In this document: positions 35,050-49,068 of the stretch, piece by piece
Layout of the letters: the number at the start of each line of letters is the position of its first letter
Position numbering within the stretch: position 1 is the first letter of the stretch
Assembly: GCA_012295275.1 (NCBI GenBank)
Contig: CM022674.1
Span: 9,300,001-9,364,000, forward strand
From: Chrysomallon squamiferum
Taxonomy: Eukaryota > Animalia > Mollusca
DNA: 64,000 nucleotides
Direction of reading: 5' to 3'
Notes under the pieces: generated by a model
What the model saw: the letters and a program-made list of their open reading frames with translations, nothing else
Database searches by the model: none
Told to the model about the DNA's origin: nothing
Program-made: the position numbers and the translations under genes

Positions 35050-38000
35050 AACCAGACGCGACCGTAGCGACAGTCTCAGTTTTTATTTCAGAAACATGAC
35101 ACTGCCAGTAAATACACTATGTAATACCAATGACCTACACTCACCATTACTACCGTATTAGGTAATTTGTTACTCGTGTGTGTCTCTCTCTATATATATA
35201 AACCATTTTGTCAACCTATAAAGAATGACAATAGTTAATTTGAAAATAAGGTTTACAACAAGGTTTGAAAATTTGGTTTACAACAAGTAGCATTTATATC
35301 AAATTATTTGACAATGTATTATACATTTGGCAGCCGTATGATATTAAAAGAATGCATAGGGGAAACTGGGGATCAATGAGCTATTGTTAAGATATTTGGA
35401 CATTTTACCCAAACCTTCATAGATACATTATAGCTCTTGATTACAATATAGTTTGATGGGCTATTTCCTTCAATATCTTTTTGTGAGACAGTTTATATAA
35501 CAGGGTCCCTGGTGGCTCATCCATGGGAGTCTTACGAATCATGATCTCAAACGGTGAAACTTGCTATAATCAACACATGTAAATCTTTTTTTTCTGTATA
35601 TTGGTATTATGCATTTCATCTGAGATGTACATACTGTAAAAAACTAAGGGGTTAATTATATTTTTCACCCAATGACCTTTGTGTATGTACCTATCTAGTG
35701 AATACTGTGCTATTGAGCCAGTGTTTGTAGTTCAGTGTTATTTTTTGCTTGTGTGATTACATTGCTGTATAATCACACAATCAACTGGATCTGGTTCTTT
35801 CTCCTGAAAGGTAAAATGTGTATCTTCTGATTCCTCCTTGGAGCTGCTCTCTTCAAAACAACAGAAAATGGCTCATTTATCCCTGACACCACTTTCATTA
35901 TGTCAGCCAAGTATTCTGGAGAATCACATGGCTTATCAACTAAAACTGCATTTAAAAATCAAAATAAATTACAAACAAAACTCAAATTTTTTTTCAAGAT
36001 CTATGAAATATGTATTTTGACCATTATTAAATTGTAACCAAGATTAATAAAGATTACTAAAGGGAGTCTAAAACTATGTTTTCAGATGTGGATAGAGATG
36101 ATTATTTTGACATTTATTCTATAATTCTTTTGCAGTTATATATAACTGTCTGAAAACCGATATCACAGCTGTCAGTAATAAAAGAAAATGATGCTTTGTT
36201 GGTGGGTATAAGTAGTTTAATTGCAACAACATTTGGTTTAGGTTCTAATCTTTACCCATCAGCTGCCATTAATTCTTCAATTTTTAAATGAACATTGTAG
36301 TTTTTACATTATTTATGACAGGTACTTAAGTTTTTAAATTACTGAACATTCCAAAGTTTCTTTCATTTCTGTAGTGTTCTCTAATTGTGGATAGTATAAA
36401 TAAAAGCAAGTATTTGATTTATTTTATAATAGACTCATTAAACATGAAAATGGTAAACAAAGATTTGGTGGTACTAGTGTTGTGTTGTGGACAGTATTGT
36501 TTTCTAGGGTTTATATTATTTTTATTATTTGTTGTGTTTGCTGTTCGTTCTTTTCTTGTTGTTTTAAAATTGTGTATGCATATTTAAATTAAGTAATTCA
36601 TATCAATTTTATTATATTTAAATAAATCTATATTGGTATATAGCAAACAGAAACATACACACACACCTATACACTTGTAATCATGTGCATATATACACTG
36701 ATTGAGAGATATGTGTAAGCAGTAGGAGTCTGAAAACAGACAAGGATTTTATTACATATTATATTCTAGTACCTTGTCTAAGTGGTCACCCTCCTCATTT
36801 CCAGGCTGGATGACACAGGGACAGAATGGCAATATGTAAATTTTACAAATGAAAATGCAGTAATTCTTTTCGTATTATGCTTTATTTCAGACAAAATGCA
36901 TACAAATATTATTACTGTAATTATGCAACTAGAATTTACTTTCAGTTACTATTTTAATATATATAAATACATTTTTTTAGGATATTTATTATTTAAGAAT
37001 ATATAAAAACTAAATTACAAATACAGTAATGTTTTCTTTTATATAATTTTTATTTTTTAAATTTTTGCGATAGATTCATCCAAAAAAGCATAAGAAATGG
37101 AGTCCTAAATGATTAATGTGTCAGAGATGTTACCAAGTGATTTTGTAGACTGATTGGACTTCTCAGCTCATTCTGCACTTTAGTATTCAGTCTGAAAAAC
37201 ATTAGGTTTTTAATATGGAAAAAATCCTAATTGATTTTAAAAAACATGAAAAATATTTGAGAACATGTAAAGCTGGTATCAAAATTGTATGATACTGATC
37301 TTTTGAATGAATCACTGTATGATGATTTTGGAGCCTACTTTCATTATGGATTTTATACGTATATCAGACAGTTTCAGTATGCAGTTAATTAGGGTGATAA
37401 AATGTGTTGGTTTTAAATCCTTTGACCTTCTTTCTTTTGGATAATTTCTAGTTCACCAGATGCTTTTCTAAAACACAACATATATATGTCTGTCATTTTA
37501 GTTTCATGCTTTATAATTAAATTTAAAATGACTGAGTAAAGGTTGGCAGGTCATGGTATTTCTTTTAGGAAAATATGGTCGTCAGGAGCAGAAAAAACAA
37601 ATGTCATGGCTTTTAGGAATTAACCTTCTTTTATATAAACAGAGATTAGCCCAAAAAGTAAGGATAATACTTGTAAATTCCTTCATGTCATATGGTCCCA
37701 TAGGAAATAAAAATGACTTGTTAGAAATTGTTAAATGAATTGGAAAGAGAAGTAATTACTGACAAATGTGTACTCTGATCTAGTGAATGATTGCTGTTAA
37801 TATAATGGACTGAGTGGAATACACTTTTGTGCTTTTGAACTCTCTGTTAATGTATGCAGTACAAATAAATGTTTAAAGATGTACATAAGTAAAAAAAAAA
37901 AAATAATAATAATACTAATAATTAAATTTTAAAAAATTAGAAATTCGGTTATAAGTTAACTGCATTTACATTTAGTAGATACATTATGAAGATTGCTTCA

Positions 38001-39320
38001 GAGAATGGATCTTGTGTTGAACATTTAGTGCCAGTATGCATAAGGTAAATATGACTGTAATGTGATGTACAGTTTTATCTTAAAGCTATTACAAATATAT
38101 ATATCAGTGCCAATGCATAATTCAGTAATGAGATTGAAGAGAAACTATTAGAAAAGCTTGTCTCATCTTTTACTGCATTTTAACAATATCTTATGTAAAC
38201 CTTGGTTAATTTTTTATCAACTGAATGTAAAACACTGTCTTCCAAGGACATTATGTAAAGTGTCACACACCAGACTTTGGGAAATAGGAAATATCACAAA
38301 GCAAAAATTATACATAATTAAAACTACATAAAAATCAGTAATTCTAGCTAAATGATTCCAGTGTTTTTTCTGTTATGTCAGCCTATCAGCTGTAATTAGA
38401 TATTACCAGTCAGCTTGTGCATATGTGTGTGTGTTTGTGTGTGTGCATGCATGTTTTGGCTGTTTCTAACTCTGATGTTAGAAAGTAGGTGTAAAAATGT
38501 ATAATTCTATAGTAATCTTTTTCAATTAAGGAAGATTAAACATATTTGATAAATATTTTTTATTTAAATAGAAAATTTTAATAACTGAATTAATTTTTTT
38601 ATAAAAAGGTTCCTTTCACTGGAAATGTTAAGTTAAATTTATTAAGTTTATAGTTACATATATTTTATTGTGGTGACATGAGATTAACCTATTCATACTG
38701 GAATATTATTCTTGTCATAATTGTTACATAATATACAAGATAATAGCAAATACAATATAAAATCAATGAATTGAAATAAACTAACTATAAGCATTATAAA
38801 TACTATAATTTATTCCTTTTATTATATGATTTAATTTAACTTAGATCTGTATAAATACAAAACAAATGTATAATTTTTATCAAATTTACTCACTATAAAG
38901 TAATAGTTCTTAATGGTTCATTAATATGAAAAATAAATAAATAAATAAAACTTAAGCTGTTTTAACATTCACCATTTTTGGGCTATTGTATATCTGGAAA
39001 ATAATAATAATAATAATATTAAAATTTCAAAAGTCATGTTAAAAAATGGTTTGGTCTGTCATGTTTGGATTGTTTTTCAGTTCAGTGGTACAAAATACCT
39101 TTAAAGAATTTTATATGACTTGTTTTATTTTGTGATAGAAAATTACTGAACATTAAAATATAATGTTATTTATTACTTTGTTAGAATATGGCTGATGTCA
39201 GTATAATTTTTTCATCCTGACAGCTGTACTACATTTAAAATACATAAACAGAAATGAAAAGATGTATATGCTCATTAAATAAATAATAAGTTTACACTTC
39301 ATTAAAAACAATAAAATATT
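35050..39320 (+). other. Putative spliced transcription unit (lncRNA or micropeptide gene)
   Basis: CpG-rich stretch 34890-35160, donor TAG|gtaatt (35161), candidate exon 35731-35810 (AAG|gtaaaa), acceptor ttcttttgcag (36135), then ~3 kb CpG-poor ORF-less sequence with AATAAA near 39310. Confidence 0.35.
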
Positions 39321-42300
39321 TGTTTCATTAAACCGATGAAATCAGAAAACTGTTGACCGATCTGGTTCTACCAATGATACTTTTTCTGTTCTTTAGAGAC
39401 AGCTTATCTATTCCTAGATTAGTGCTCAAAGCATTTCTCTCCCTTGTATCATATTAACAGAGACTAGTACTCTTACACTTATTAACAGTATTTTTGAAAC
39501 AGTATAATATGAAAATTAATCTATTAATTCATACAGAACCAAGAAAAAAAAAAAAAAAAAAAAAAGAAGTTATAATTAAAGAGCGCATTAGTCTTCAGAA
39601 TTTTGGAGAAAAACATAACTGGAAAACATCTTTGAATGTTGTTTAAACTATTTTCAGTTCACTTTTTCTATCTTTTTGTGATTATTTTTTATATTTAATA
39701 AATCTGCCAGTAAAGATGATTATTTATAATAGTTATAAAAAATTAAAATGTTTATGGTATATAATTTATCCATACGTATATACGTATATTAACCAACATT
39801 ATTAATTCTATATATAATATTTTCTAAATAATAAATTTTGTTAATTTTCATATATGAAAAGTGTTAAATAAACGATAATTACTTTTTCTTATAATCATGC
39901 TGCGAAATATTTGTAATCTTTAAATTTAATATTTAATCCATTTTTATTTTATTTTACGCATGTTAAAAACACTTTATCATTTCGTTTAATTTTAGAAATC
40001 ATCGCACTTTAAAAAAAATATATATAATACACTATTTACATAAATATGAGGATTTTGTTGCTTACTTTAAAGAAAAGAGGTTTAAGAATATATGTGTTTT
40101 ACTGCCGTTTTCTCCTGAAATAAGTTTATCGTGATAACTATTATCGATTGGGTTGGAAATTCAATGAACGGTCTACAGCAAATGTTTCATCTTGTATAAT
40201 TGCGTAGACAGTGATGTCTTTTCATAATAACATTTCTCTCAGATCTCTCGTCTTTCATGTGTGATGTTTCCACTGACAGAGGACGCTGTGTAAACACGAA
40301 TCTAAGCTTAGAAAATGTCACTTCAACGAGGATTAATTCTGGATTATAAAAACTAATAAAGTCAATATCTCATGATTAATATATAAGTGTTGACGAATAT
40401 ACTTTATGAGTACACAGTTATAAGGTATTGATTTAGCCATGTAATACATGAATAATTTAGAACCATTGTTTTAAAACTCGTTTAGAAGAAAGTGATTAGT
40501 AGATGGAGAATATTCGACATTAATTAGAACATTTATTATCAGTAAAGTAACCGTCTTAAGCTTCATTAGATAAAATAGCTTTCTAATTGATAATAAATAT
40601 AATTTTCAAACATATCAATGTCAAGTATTAATAAAGTACAGTAGAAATTTCTGTTGCCATAAATAACCAAACTGAATATATACTTACAAATAACTGTCCT
40701 AACACAAAATCTCTCTCTCTCTCTCTGAAATCAAAGTAACAAATCCATTATTTATAAAAAAAATACTTATAAACTGACTCCCATTAGTATAAGTGGATCT
40801 GCCATACAAAGGTCAAAGAAACCATGAACACAAATCACATTTATAGACAATCACTGTTCTAGCTGATCTTCCTCGTCAAATATTCAAAAGTATGCGCATA
40901 GCTGGCAGAGATGACTCAATTCCAACTATAACCTCTCTAGACCAAACATTTCATCCAATCCCTACTGACTTCAGAGAGAATTCTCTCTTAACACCAGATA
41001 TACCCATTATTATTTTAAATTTTATAAGCAGTGGTATGAAACATTACAATTTTGTTGACTGTACCATTATCTAAAACATATATATATGCTACAATCAGTA
41101 TTCCTGTTTGTTGTTTAAAATAAAAGCGCCAATATTATATGAAACATAACATAACAGATAACGGTCTTGTTATCACTTACTTCACAAATAAACAACCGAT
41201 CTACTGCAGTATATTGGAAATGTTCGGTTACCGTTTTTAGCAAACATTCAAGAGCTTCATAAACTATTTACACTATCATTCAACAACGCGAATTTTTAAT
41301 CACAATTTGATTATATTTACTGATAATTTTCCTCTTACTTTCCTTCTAGTTTAAGAAGCACAAATATAGTGAAATCAAAGATGATGAACAAACAGTTGTT
41401 TTCGCTGTATTTCGGCTTATGAATTTGATCCGTAAGTGTTCAACATCTCCATCACTAAATCTATTTGTTGACACCCACACACATATACACACAAATACAG
41501 ATATAAACGCATACACACGCAGGCACCCAAGCAGATATACGTGCGCACATAAATTCATATATACAATATTTCATTTATACTCAACTAATTAAATAAAAAT
41601 ATTAATTGTCATGGTTTTTTTAACCTTACTAACTAAATTATATTGTCTTTTTAAGGGTAATCTGTTAGTGCAGTCAAGGATTTCAGAAGACAAACATTTA
41701 TATTCTTACAGTACTGGTCGATCAATTTGGGAAGGCAGCGTAGTCAAGTCGAACACGAAGTTCATATAACGGAAGATATAACGGAAGATATATTGATATC
41801 CAATGGATTTTGTCTCGCCAATAATTTTCTTAAATAATGAGAAAAACGGATAGCTTGAATGATATGAATATCGACTGTCTTAGAAAAGGGTGAAATTGAC
41901 GAAAGAAAAATCACCTTAAAAAATTAATAATCTTGATTTACTGAAATGCATTATATAGAAATGATCAAATTTGAACTAATGTATTTCCACTCTGTTTTAT
42001 ATTATTTATGTATTTATTTAGTTATTATATTTTCAGCCGGAAACATCTGTGGTAGGTTCATTGGTTGATATAAAACAAGATATAAATGTTTATATGTCAG
42101 TAAATAGATCATCGTGCACTTTATACCAGATTGGTTATAAATTTACAGAAAAGGTTATGTTGCATCCATAGGATGAATTTTTAAAATGTTTTTACACTTA
42201 GAAAGATTACAAAAAAGATATTGTAGGTAAAGACAAGGACGTGTAAAGACAACGAAGACACAGACTGAGATAATTATAATAAAGATGACTTAGCAGTTAA

Positions 42301-43444
42301 TACAAGAACCTGAAATTATTTCATTTAAATAGTATTAATTAATGTATGCAGCTCTCAGACTTTACTTTATTTAATTTAATAAAACTTGGTGTAGGCTGTT
42401 ATTTGCTAGTCAAAAGTAAAATAAAATTATAAAATTAGCTGAATTTATATTAGTAACATAAGATAACATGCTTCGTTCAGTCAAATACAGTTTTGAAGAC
42501 AGATACAGGAGGAAACTCATTTGTGACAAGTACTGTTTGAAAGCCGCGGTCTGATCACTTATTGACAACAGGCCGTCTCCTCTGACAGCTGTGATTAATG
42601 AACAGTCTGCCGAGATTAGCTGACCAAAGATATGGAAATTTGCGTAAAGATCTCTAGATATATGTATCTCTTGTCATGCGTTAACATCTAGAATTTGCAA
42701 ATTGTCAATAACAAATTCAGTACCATATTTTTGTAAATCAGTATCATATTATATTTGTAAACATAATTTTAAATAAGAATAAAACTAGGTAATATGAATA
42801 AAAATATAAGCTGTATTTAAGATAAAAATAATAATTTAGAAAAAAAGAAAATGAATCAAATCGATTCAGTATACATTTTTCCTATAGCAGTTCTAAACTG
42901 TCATATTTATTTATTTGTCAAAACAGTATGTAATTGGGTAACATTAAGTGCATGTTTTCTTACATAAATTCCAGTATTCTAGTAATTTTTATAATTAAAA
43001 ACAATTCAAGGTATAGGTCTCATTTCGGTGTCTAATCATGTTTTGTTGGTCGTAGATATAAGTAAAAGTATTTGCGTACATGATAAACCACTTTAATTTG
43101 GATGAACTCAGAAACTAAAAGCAACACTTTTGCAAATCTTGGTTGATGAAAAAACTAAATGTTACTGACCAGTCAGATGTTTCACAGGTTAAAAAGAAAC
43201 AAATAAAAATGTTTAAATTAAAATAGATCACTCTTGAAAATATTAAATGTAAGAAGGCGGAAGTAGAAGAAAAATGGCTAGAGATTATGTTTTAAGTAAA
43301 ATATATTCGTGCGAAAATTATATTAACATATGTTAGAATTTTTTTTTATCAATACTCATTTAAAAAGTATAAATATATTGTTACCCTTCAACAATCAGTT
43401 TCATAATTAACAAATTTTTGGAAGAGGACTCTGTTACCATCCAT

Positions 43445-43700
43445 CTAATGCGAACAATGTCCAACTGTTAATGGATCAATTTCATCGAACCTTTTCCTAT
43501 TAGGGTCTGGAAAATTACCAGTTCTAAATGGTGTTGAGTTTTTTTGATGAAGATAGTAGATTTTAATTTTTCTATAGTTTTTGACAGAAAGATCTATATG
43601 TAATGTCACTGACAGTGCCTCCATATAGTTTAACCCGTACATGGCAAGATTTTACATCCTTTATTGTCAAACCAATGGTTTTTTTCCCAGTTACAGGATC
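43445..43700 (-). mobile_element. Possible LINE 3'-end relic
   Basis: Translation FRTGNFPDPNRKRFDEIDPLTVGHC weakly resembles the C-terminal FRTGNHRLPIETGR...C motif of non-LTR ORF2. Confidence 0.3.
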
Positions 43701-44275
43701 GATAGATAAATGCTGTGCATTCAAGATCATCATAAACTCAACTTTAAAGAAAACGCTAATTCTTTAAAAGACTTATTAAGTCTATTAATGATTAGTTATC
43801 CTGGTGTAAACTAAATGACCAATATAGGACGAAAAAACGTTATAATTACTAGCGAACTGACTCTTTATTTTTATTATTTCTTAATAAAGAAACAGAGTTG
43901 AAACCAGTTTTCAAATAATGGAAAGTACACTTTAAGATTATACGGATGCTGCCGTTAATTGTAACTTCATACTGCAGAAGACAAATAATTCTTTAGTTTT
44001 GCGTTAGTTCCATTGGTTTTATCAAAAGAAATAATCTATACTGTGATGTCTTCATGAGTCCAGTTATTAAGAGGTAAAACGGCGGCCTTCAATAACAGTA
44101 TCGATATACTTTGTTATAAAGATTACTTTTTGCCCAAAACAATCATTTTTAACTGAATAAAATAACTTGGAGTTATAAAAACCAGTTTACTGGGCCATTT
44201 ACTCGAATAGTCACTGGCTCACTTAGTATTACTACTGACGTTATTATTATTATTATCATTATTGGTGTGTATGTG

Positions 44276-44277
<2 letters not shown>

Positions 44278-44359
<82 letters not shown>

Positions 44360-44446
44360 ATTAATGTCACGAAAATATATTAAACGTTTCTGTGCTAATA
44401 TCAATGTATATTTCTTTGTTTATTTTCTTGTGATTCATCTTTGTTT

Positions 44447-44502
<56 letters not shown>
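44278..44502. repeat. Two (GA)n microsatellites
   Basis: Visible at ~44278-44354 and ~44452-44502. Confidence 0.9.
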
Positions 44503-44505
<3 letters not shown>

Positions 44506-44894
44506 AGGTTTTTTCAGTAATGTAATGAAATAAAATAAATAAATAAAGTAGTTGATAAAGTAACAAAGAAAAATCCGTATTTATTCTCCTTGATACATCA
44601 TAACATTGTTAATATTTCTTATGACAAAAATGTGAATATTACACAACAATAATCCTTGGAATCTGCTAAACAGAAAACATAAAATTCGAGAATTTCTATA
44701 CATTTGTTTACCTCTAGAATGTCACAAGAAAAAAAAAAGAAGAAATAAAAGTAGACATTTTTTTTTTGTTTCATCCAGTGAGTAGAAGTGTGGGAAATAT
44801 AATACTGACATTTCTCATTTATTTCATTTCCATATTTCTTGCAGTCAGCTTATATTCTCCAAAATTAACGGTTCTTGCTTCTTATTTTTCACAA

Positions 44895-45866
44895 TCAATT
44901 CAAATCAACTTTGGATTTTTCCCCCCAAAACTTTAATTTAGAAAAACAAGACTGAAAGAGTTTAATATAGACTTTCCTGAAATCTCTCATGAATAGTGGA
45001 TAGATGACTGGGTTTATCAGGCTGTTGCAGTAACCCAGCCATACACATCCAATAAATAACTTAGGTGGAATACAGCGACATATCGAATCTGTTAAGTTAA
45101 TAACAAGAAAGGGAGCCCATGTGAACGTATAAGCACCAACTATAACACCTAGCGTTATTGTGGCTTTTGATGTATAGGGTTCTCTAATCGTTTTTGTGGA
45201 GACATCTTTCCCCAGTAGCAAGCGACTCGGCGCTATTAATGTTCCGACAAAAAAAGCTTGTCTTTGAGCCTCTTTCGAGACTCTGTAGTAGAGAACGAAA
45301 GCTATGATAATAGGAAGTAAAACTGTGACGGTGGATGCTGTAATAGCATATGGGAAACTGACGATAAACAAACACAAAGGTTTTTCACTGAACATGGTCA
45401 AGTTTTCCAAGGAAGGTGTGTCTATGTTGTGCCAGCCATTTTGAATGGGAATAAAGGAAGTAAACATGGCAATCATCCATGCAGTCGCGATGAGAATCAG
45501 AGCTCTTTTGTGAGTCATCAGTGTATTGTAGCGTAAAGGTGACATAATAGCCATATATCTATCTAGACTTATTAAACACACATTCAAAATTGAAGCACTG
45601 CACAGCATGACGTCACAAGAGGCCCAGATAGAACACATTTCCACACCCAGCATCCACTGGAGGAATATTTCATTCAGTGTGGCTGGTATCATGACTAGAA
45701 TGGCAACCAGAAGATCAGCCACACTGAGAGATACAATGAAGTAATTTGAAACATATCTGAGTTTTCTCTGAGATATCACCGCCAAAAATACAAGCATGTT
45801 TCCAGCTATTGTTAAAATAATAATAACAGAAAGAACAAATCCTGTAACAATGATTCCCACTGACAT
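44895..45866 (-). CDS. HTR6: Serotonin receptor, 5-HT6-like class A GPCR (7TM region in one exon)
   Basis: 323-aa ORF with GN (TM1), SLSVADLLV (TM2), DVMLCSASILNVCLISLDRY (TM3 Asp + DRY), SPLRY, KATITLG...TWAPF (TM6), WLGYCNSLINPVIYPLFMRDF (TM7). The SPLRY and NPxIYPLFMRDF signatures match 5-HT6. An acceptor (tttctacag) lies 2 nt before the ATG. Confidence 0.88.
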   Translation of the reverse strand: MSVGIIVTGFVLSVIIILTIAGNMLVFLAVISQRKLRYVSNYFIVSLSVADLLVAILVMIPATLNEIFLQWMLGVEMCSIWASCDVMLCSASILNVCLISLDRYMAIMSPLRYNTLMTHKRALILIATAWMIAMFTSFIPIQNGWHNIDTPSLENLTMFSEKPLCLFIVSFPYAITASTVTVLLPIIIAFVLYYRVSKEAQRQAFFVGTLIAPSRLLLGKDVSTKTIREPYTSKATITLGVIVGAYTFTWAPFLVINLTDSICRCIPPKLFIGCVWLGYCNSLINPVIYPLFMRDFRKVYIKLFQSCFSKLKFWGEKSKVDLN

Positions 45867-48721
45867 ATCTGTAGAAATTATATATTTACATTACCACCTT
45901 TTCTAAGTGAGAGAAACACTGTCAAACTAATTAAATAATTGACCTTTCTTTGATTCCTTCTACTGAATTCCTTCTAATAATGTCACTTGAGAATACTTCA
46001 AAGCCTTTTTCAATTAAACATTTCATGTCATATTCCATACAGATGAAGGATTACATCTTTCATTTAGTGTCTTCTAATTACTTTGTAATAATTTGTCCTC
46101 TTTTTTTTCAATTTTTCATTTCTCTGTTTTATAAACATGGTGAGTGGTCACAGCAATCTTTAATAAATGGACCCTGCCGTCACGTAACAACAATAATAAA
46201 ACAGTCTGTAATTTAACAAAATTTACTTCTTCTAATGATACAGTATTCGAATATTATCATTCCATGTATCACGGTTCTTATATTTTGTGCAGTCGGTACA
46301 AAAAAATTGTTTTTAAAAGAATCATTAGAAGATACACAAATATAATTAGTTGAAAAAACTTATGATGCAGTTCATGCTATTCTTCTCAACACACAATAGT
46401 TTCACTTGCTAATTGCAGAACAACCACAAAAACAATTGTTAAAAACGTTGATAAAATTGCAGGCAACTTAATCATTTCTTCTGTCTTCGAGTCACTAGAA
46501 AATCAAACTGTCCTTGAGAACTTTTCTCCGGAAGTAGATCCTTGTATTTCACTGTGAACTGAAAACGACCAAACACTAACAACAAAAACGATTCAAAGAT
46601 GTGAAGCTGGTTTCTATGGTCCAAACTCTGTGCCAATGCGATAAACATGTTGGCGTAATAGCCGATCCAGCATACCGCGAACAGCAGCGATTGGTACTGG
46701 TCGATTTGTATAAGAATACTTCTTCATTGAACTGTGGGCAGGACGCATTATCAATCACTTGTTCAAATCACAGTCGGCGCTGCTTTGCTTAATGTTGAAG
46801 ATCCGCTTAATCTCTCAAAGTAATTGACTGCTAATGACTACATATACATCCACAAATTCTGAATACCGGACAGTACGTTAATCTGGCGTGTGATTTTCTA
46901 TTCCAGTAGAAAGAAAGTGTATAAAAGTAAACATGAAGACGGTAAATATTTGGTAAAAAAATATTATTTATTCAGCTGATATTGAAATATTTGTAAGAAG
47001 AATCAGAATTTTCTTAATAACTATAGGAATATTATTTATTTACTTTTTTTTTTTTATTATATCACGGTCATTATTTTGAGTATAATTATCATAATCATTA
47101 TCGTCATCATTTTCATCAATAAATGAATCTAAAAATGTTGTTATTGTGTAAAATAAAGACAAGAAAAATGAACTTTAAACTCAGTAAAGATATTTTGATA
47201 AAAAAAATTTGGCTCTTAAAATAGTAGTTCTGTAAAACTGAACAGAAGTTGTTCACCCATGTAATGCGTAGAAATTCCTTGTGAAATTATTGTCGTTCTC
47301 TATTGACATAATTGATTTTGGAGATTAATTTTGACCATTAGTCCTTCGTCTATTATACACATCAGTCACTGTGTTAATGAAAGTCCTGTATGAATACTGA
47401 GTGCCATACTTCTTATTATAGCCTCACAATCTTCCAGGAAGGTGGAAGTAATGACAAGTATTTTTAGAAAAGAAAAATATATATTCACGTTAAAACGACA
47501 TCTACTGAATAAATTAGCTATTTTAATAAATGTATGATGTATCTACATTTTGTTTCTTAATTTTGTTAAAAATAATAAACATTATGTAACATAAGATAAA
47601 GTGAACACTAATGGAGGTAGAGAAACAAAATTAAAATATTTTTGCTTACACACAATAGATATAAACAAATCTACAGATCACGATGTGCATAATCTATATG
47701 TATTTCGTTAACAACGAAGAAGAAGAAGAAGAAAAGAAAAGTGAAATTAAACTGTTTGATGTTGGTTCTGACACCTAGGAAATGCCAGACTCTTATTTCG
47801 TCCTTATCAAGTTTGAACGACTGATCATGTAGTGTAAGTTTCTTTTACTGAAAGTTTTCCATCATCGTTAATGCATGTGCCCCACATGGGTGCATTTTAA
47901 ATATGATATATTAAAACAAAATTCTGAACTCATCAGTCTCTCCAATCTGCACTATATTCCTGAAAATTATTATTATTATTATTACTATTATTATTTGGCG
48001 TATATTTAAAAAAAAAAATTATTATCCTCTTATTTAGAAAGTTAATATAAATAACAAAAAATAATTAATAAATAAGATTAGAAAAATGTATAGCATTATT
48101 AATGATTTTTCTTCATTATTTATTCAGCTACATTTTACGTGCATATTCAGATATTCAGTATTAGACGTCATTGAAACTGTTCAAACAGAGAATTGATATT
48201 AGCAAAAAACTGTTAAATAGCGATTGTTTCTAATTATGTCTAATCTAGAAGACGTCATAGATATTGATAGAATTTAGTCAGTTTGTCACATAACATATTT
48301 ATTTATGTATTTATCTAATAAACCAACGTGAACACTATTTTTAAAAGCGACATTTTGTCGCTGTTTGATACTGTAATTGCAGTTAGGTCAACAGATATTC
48401 AAAAGAATTACTGCCATGAAAATCGAAGTGATTTCCTTGTCATATTTGTCTGGCTATTTCTGATAAGGACATAGCAGTAATCCTGAAGCAAATTCTATGA
48501 TAGAATGGTCACGTATTTGCAGCATCATTCTGAAAGCAGACGTTCTCCAAGTCGTAATCAGCCTGTCATGTTATGTCCACTTAACTCTTATGAGAAACTT
48601 GTAAAGGGCCAATGAGTGTGTCGAGAGAGACCTGTTGTCAAATCTTAAATCCACGATGAGCTGACAGAGACGTGAGAGAGGCCTTTGTTGACAGTCACTT
48701 TATTGAGAGGGAGAGGTTTAT

Positions 48722-48722
48722 C

Positions 48723-48778
<56 letters not shown>

Positions 48779-48903
48779 TCATACATAATAGACACATATA
48801 CAAACATACATGCATATATATCAACCACATACAAACATACACATATGCTTGCCTCTACACCTACAAACAAATATACACACACTCATGCCAATATATATAT
48901 ATT

Positions 48904-48936
<33 letters not shown>

Positions 48937-48938
48937 GA

Positions 48939-48982
<44 letters not shown>

Positions 48983-49068
48983 GTATTTGAGTGTGTGTGT
49001 GTATATATATATATACTCACACACTCACATACATACATATATACATATATACATAAATGTACACACAT
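48722..49068. repeat. Compound (CA)/(TA)/(TG) microsatellite
   Basis: Directly visible; source of several spurious ORFs. Confidence 0.9.
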
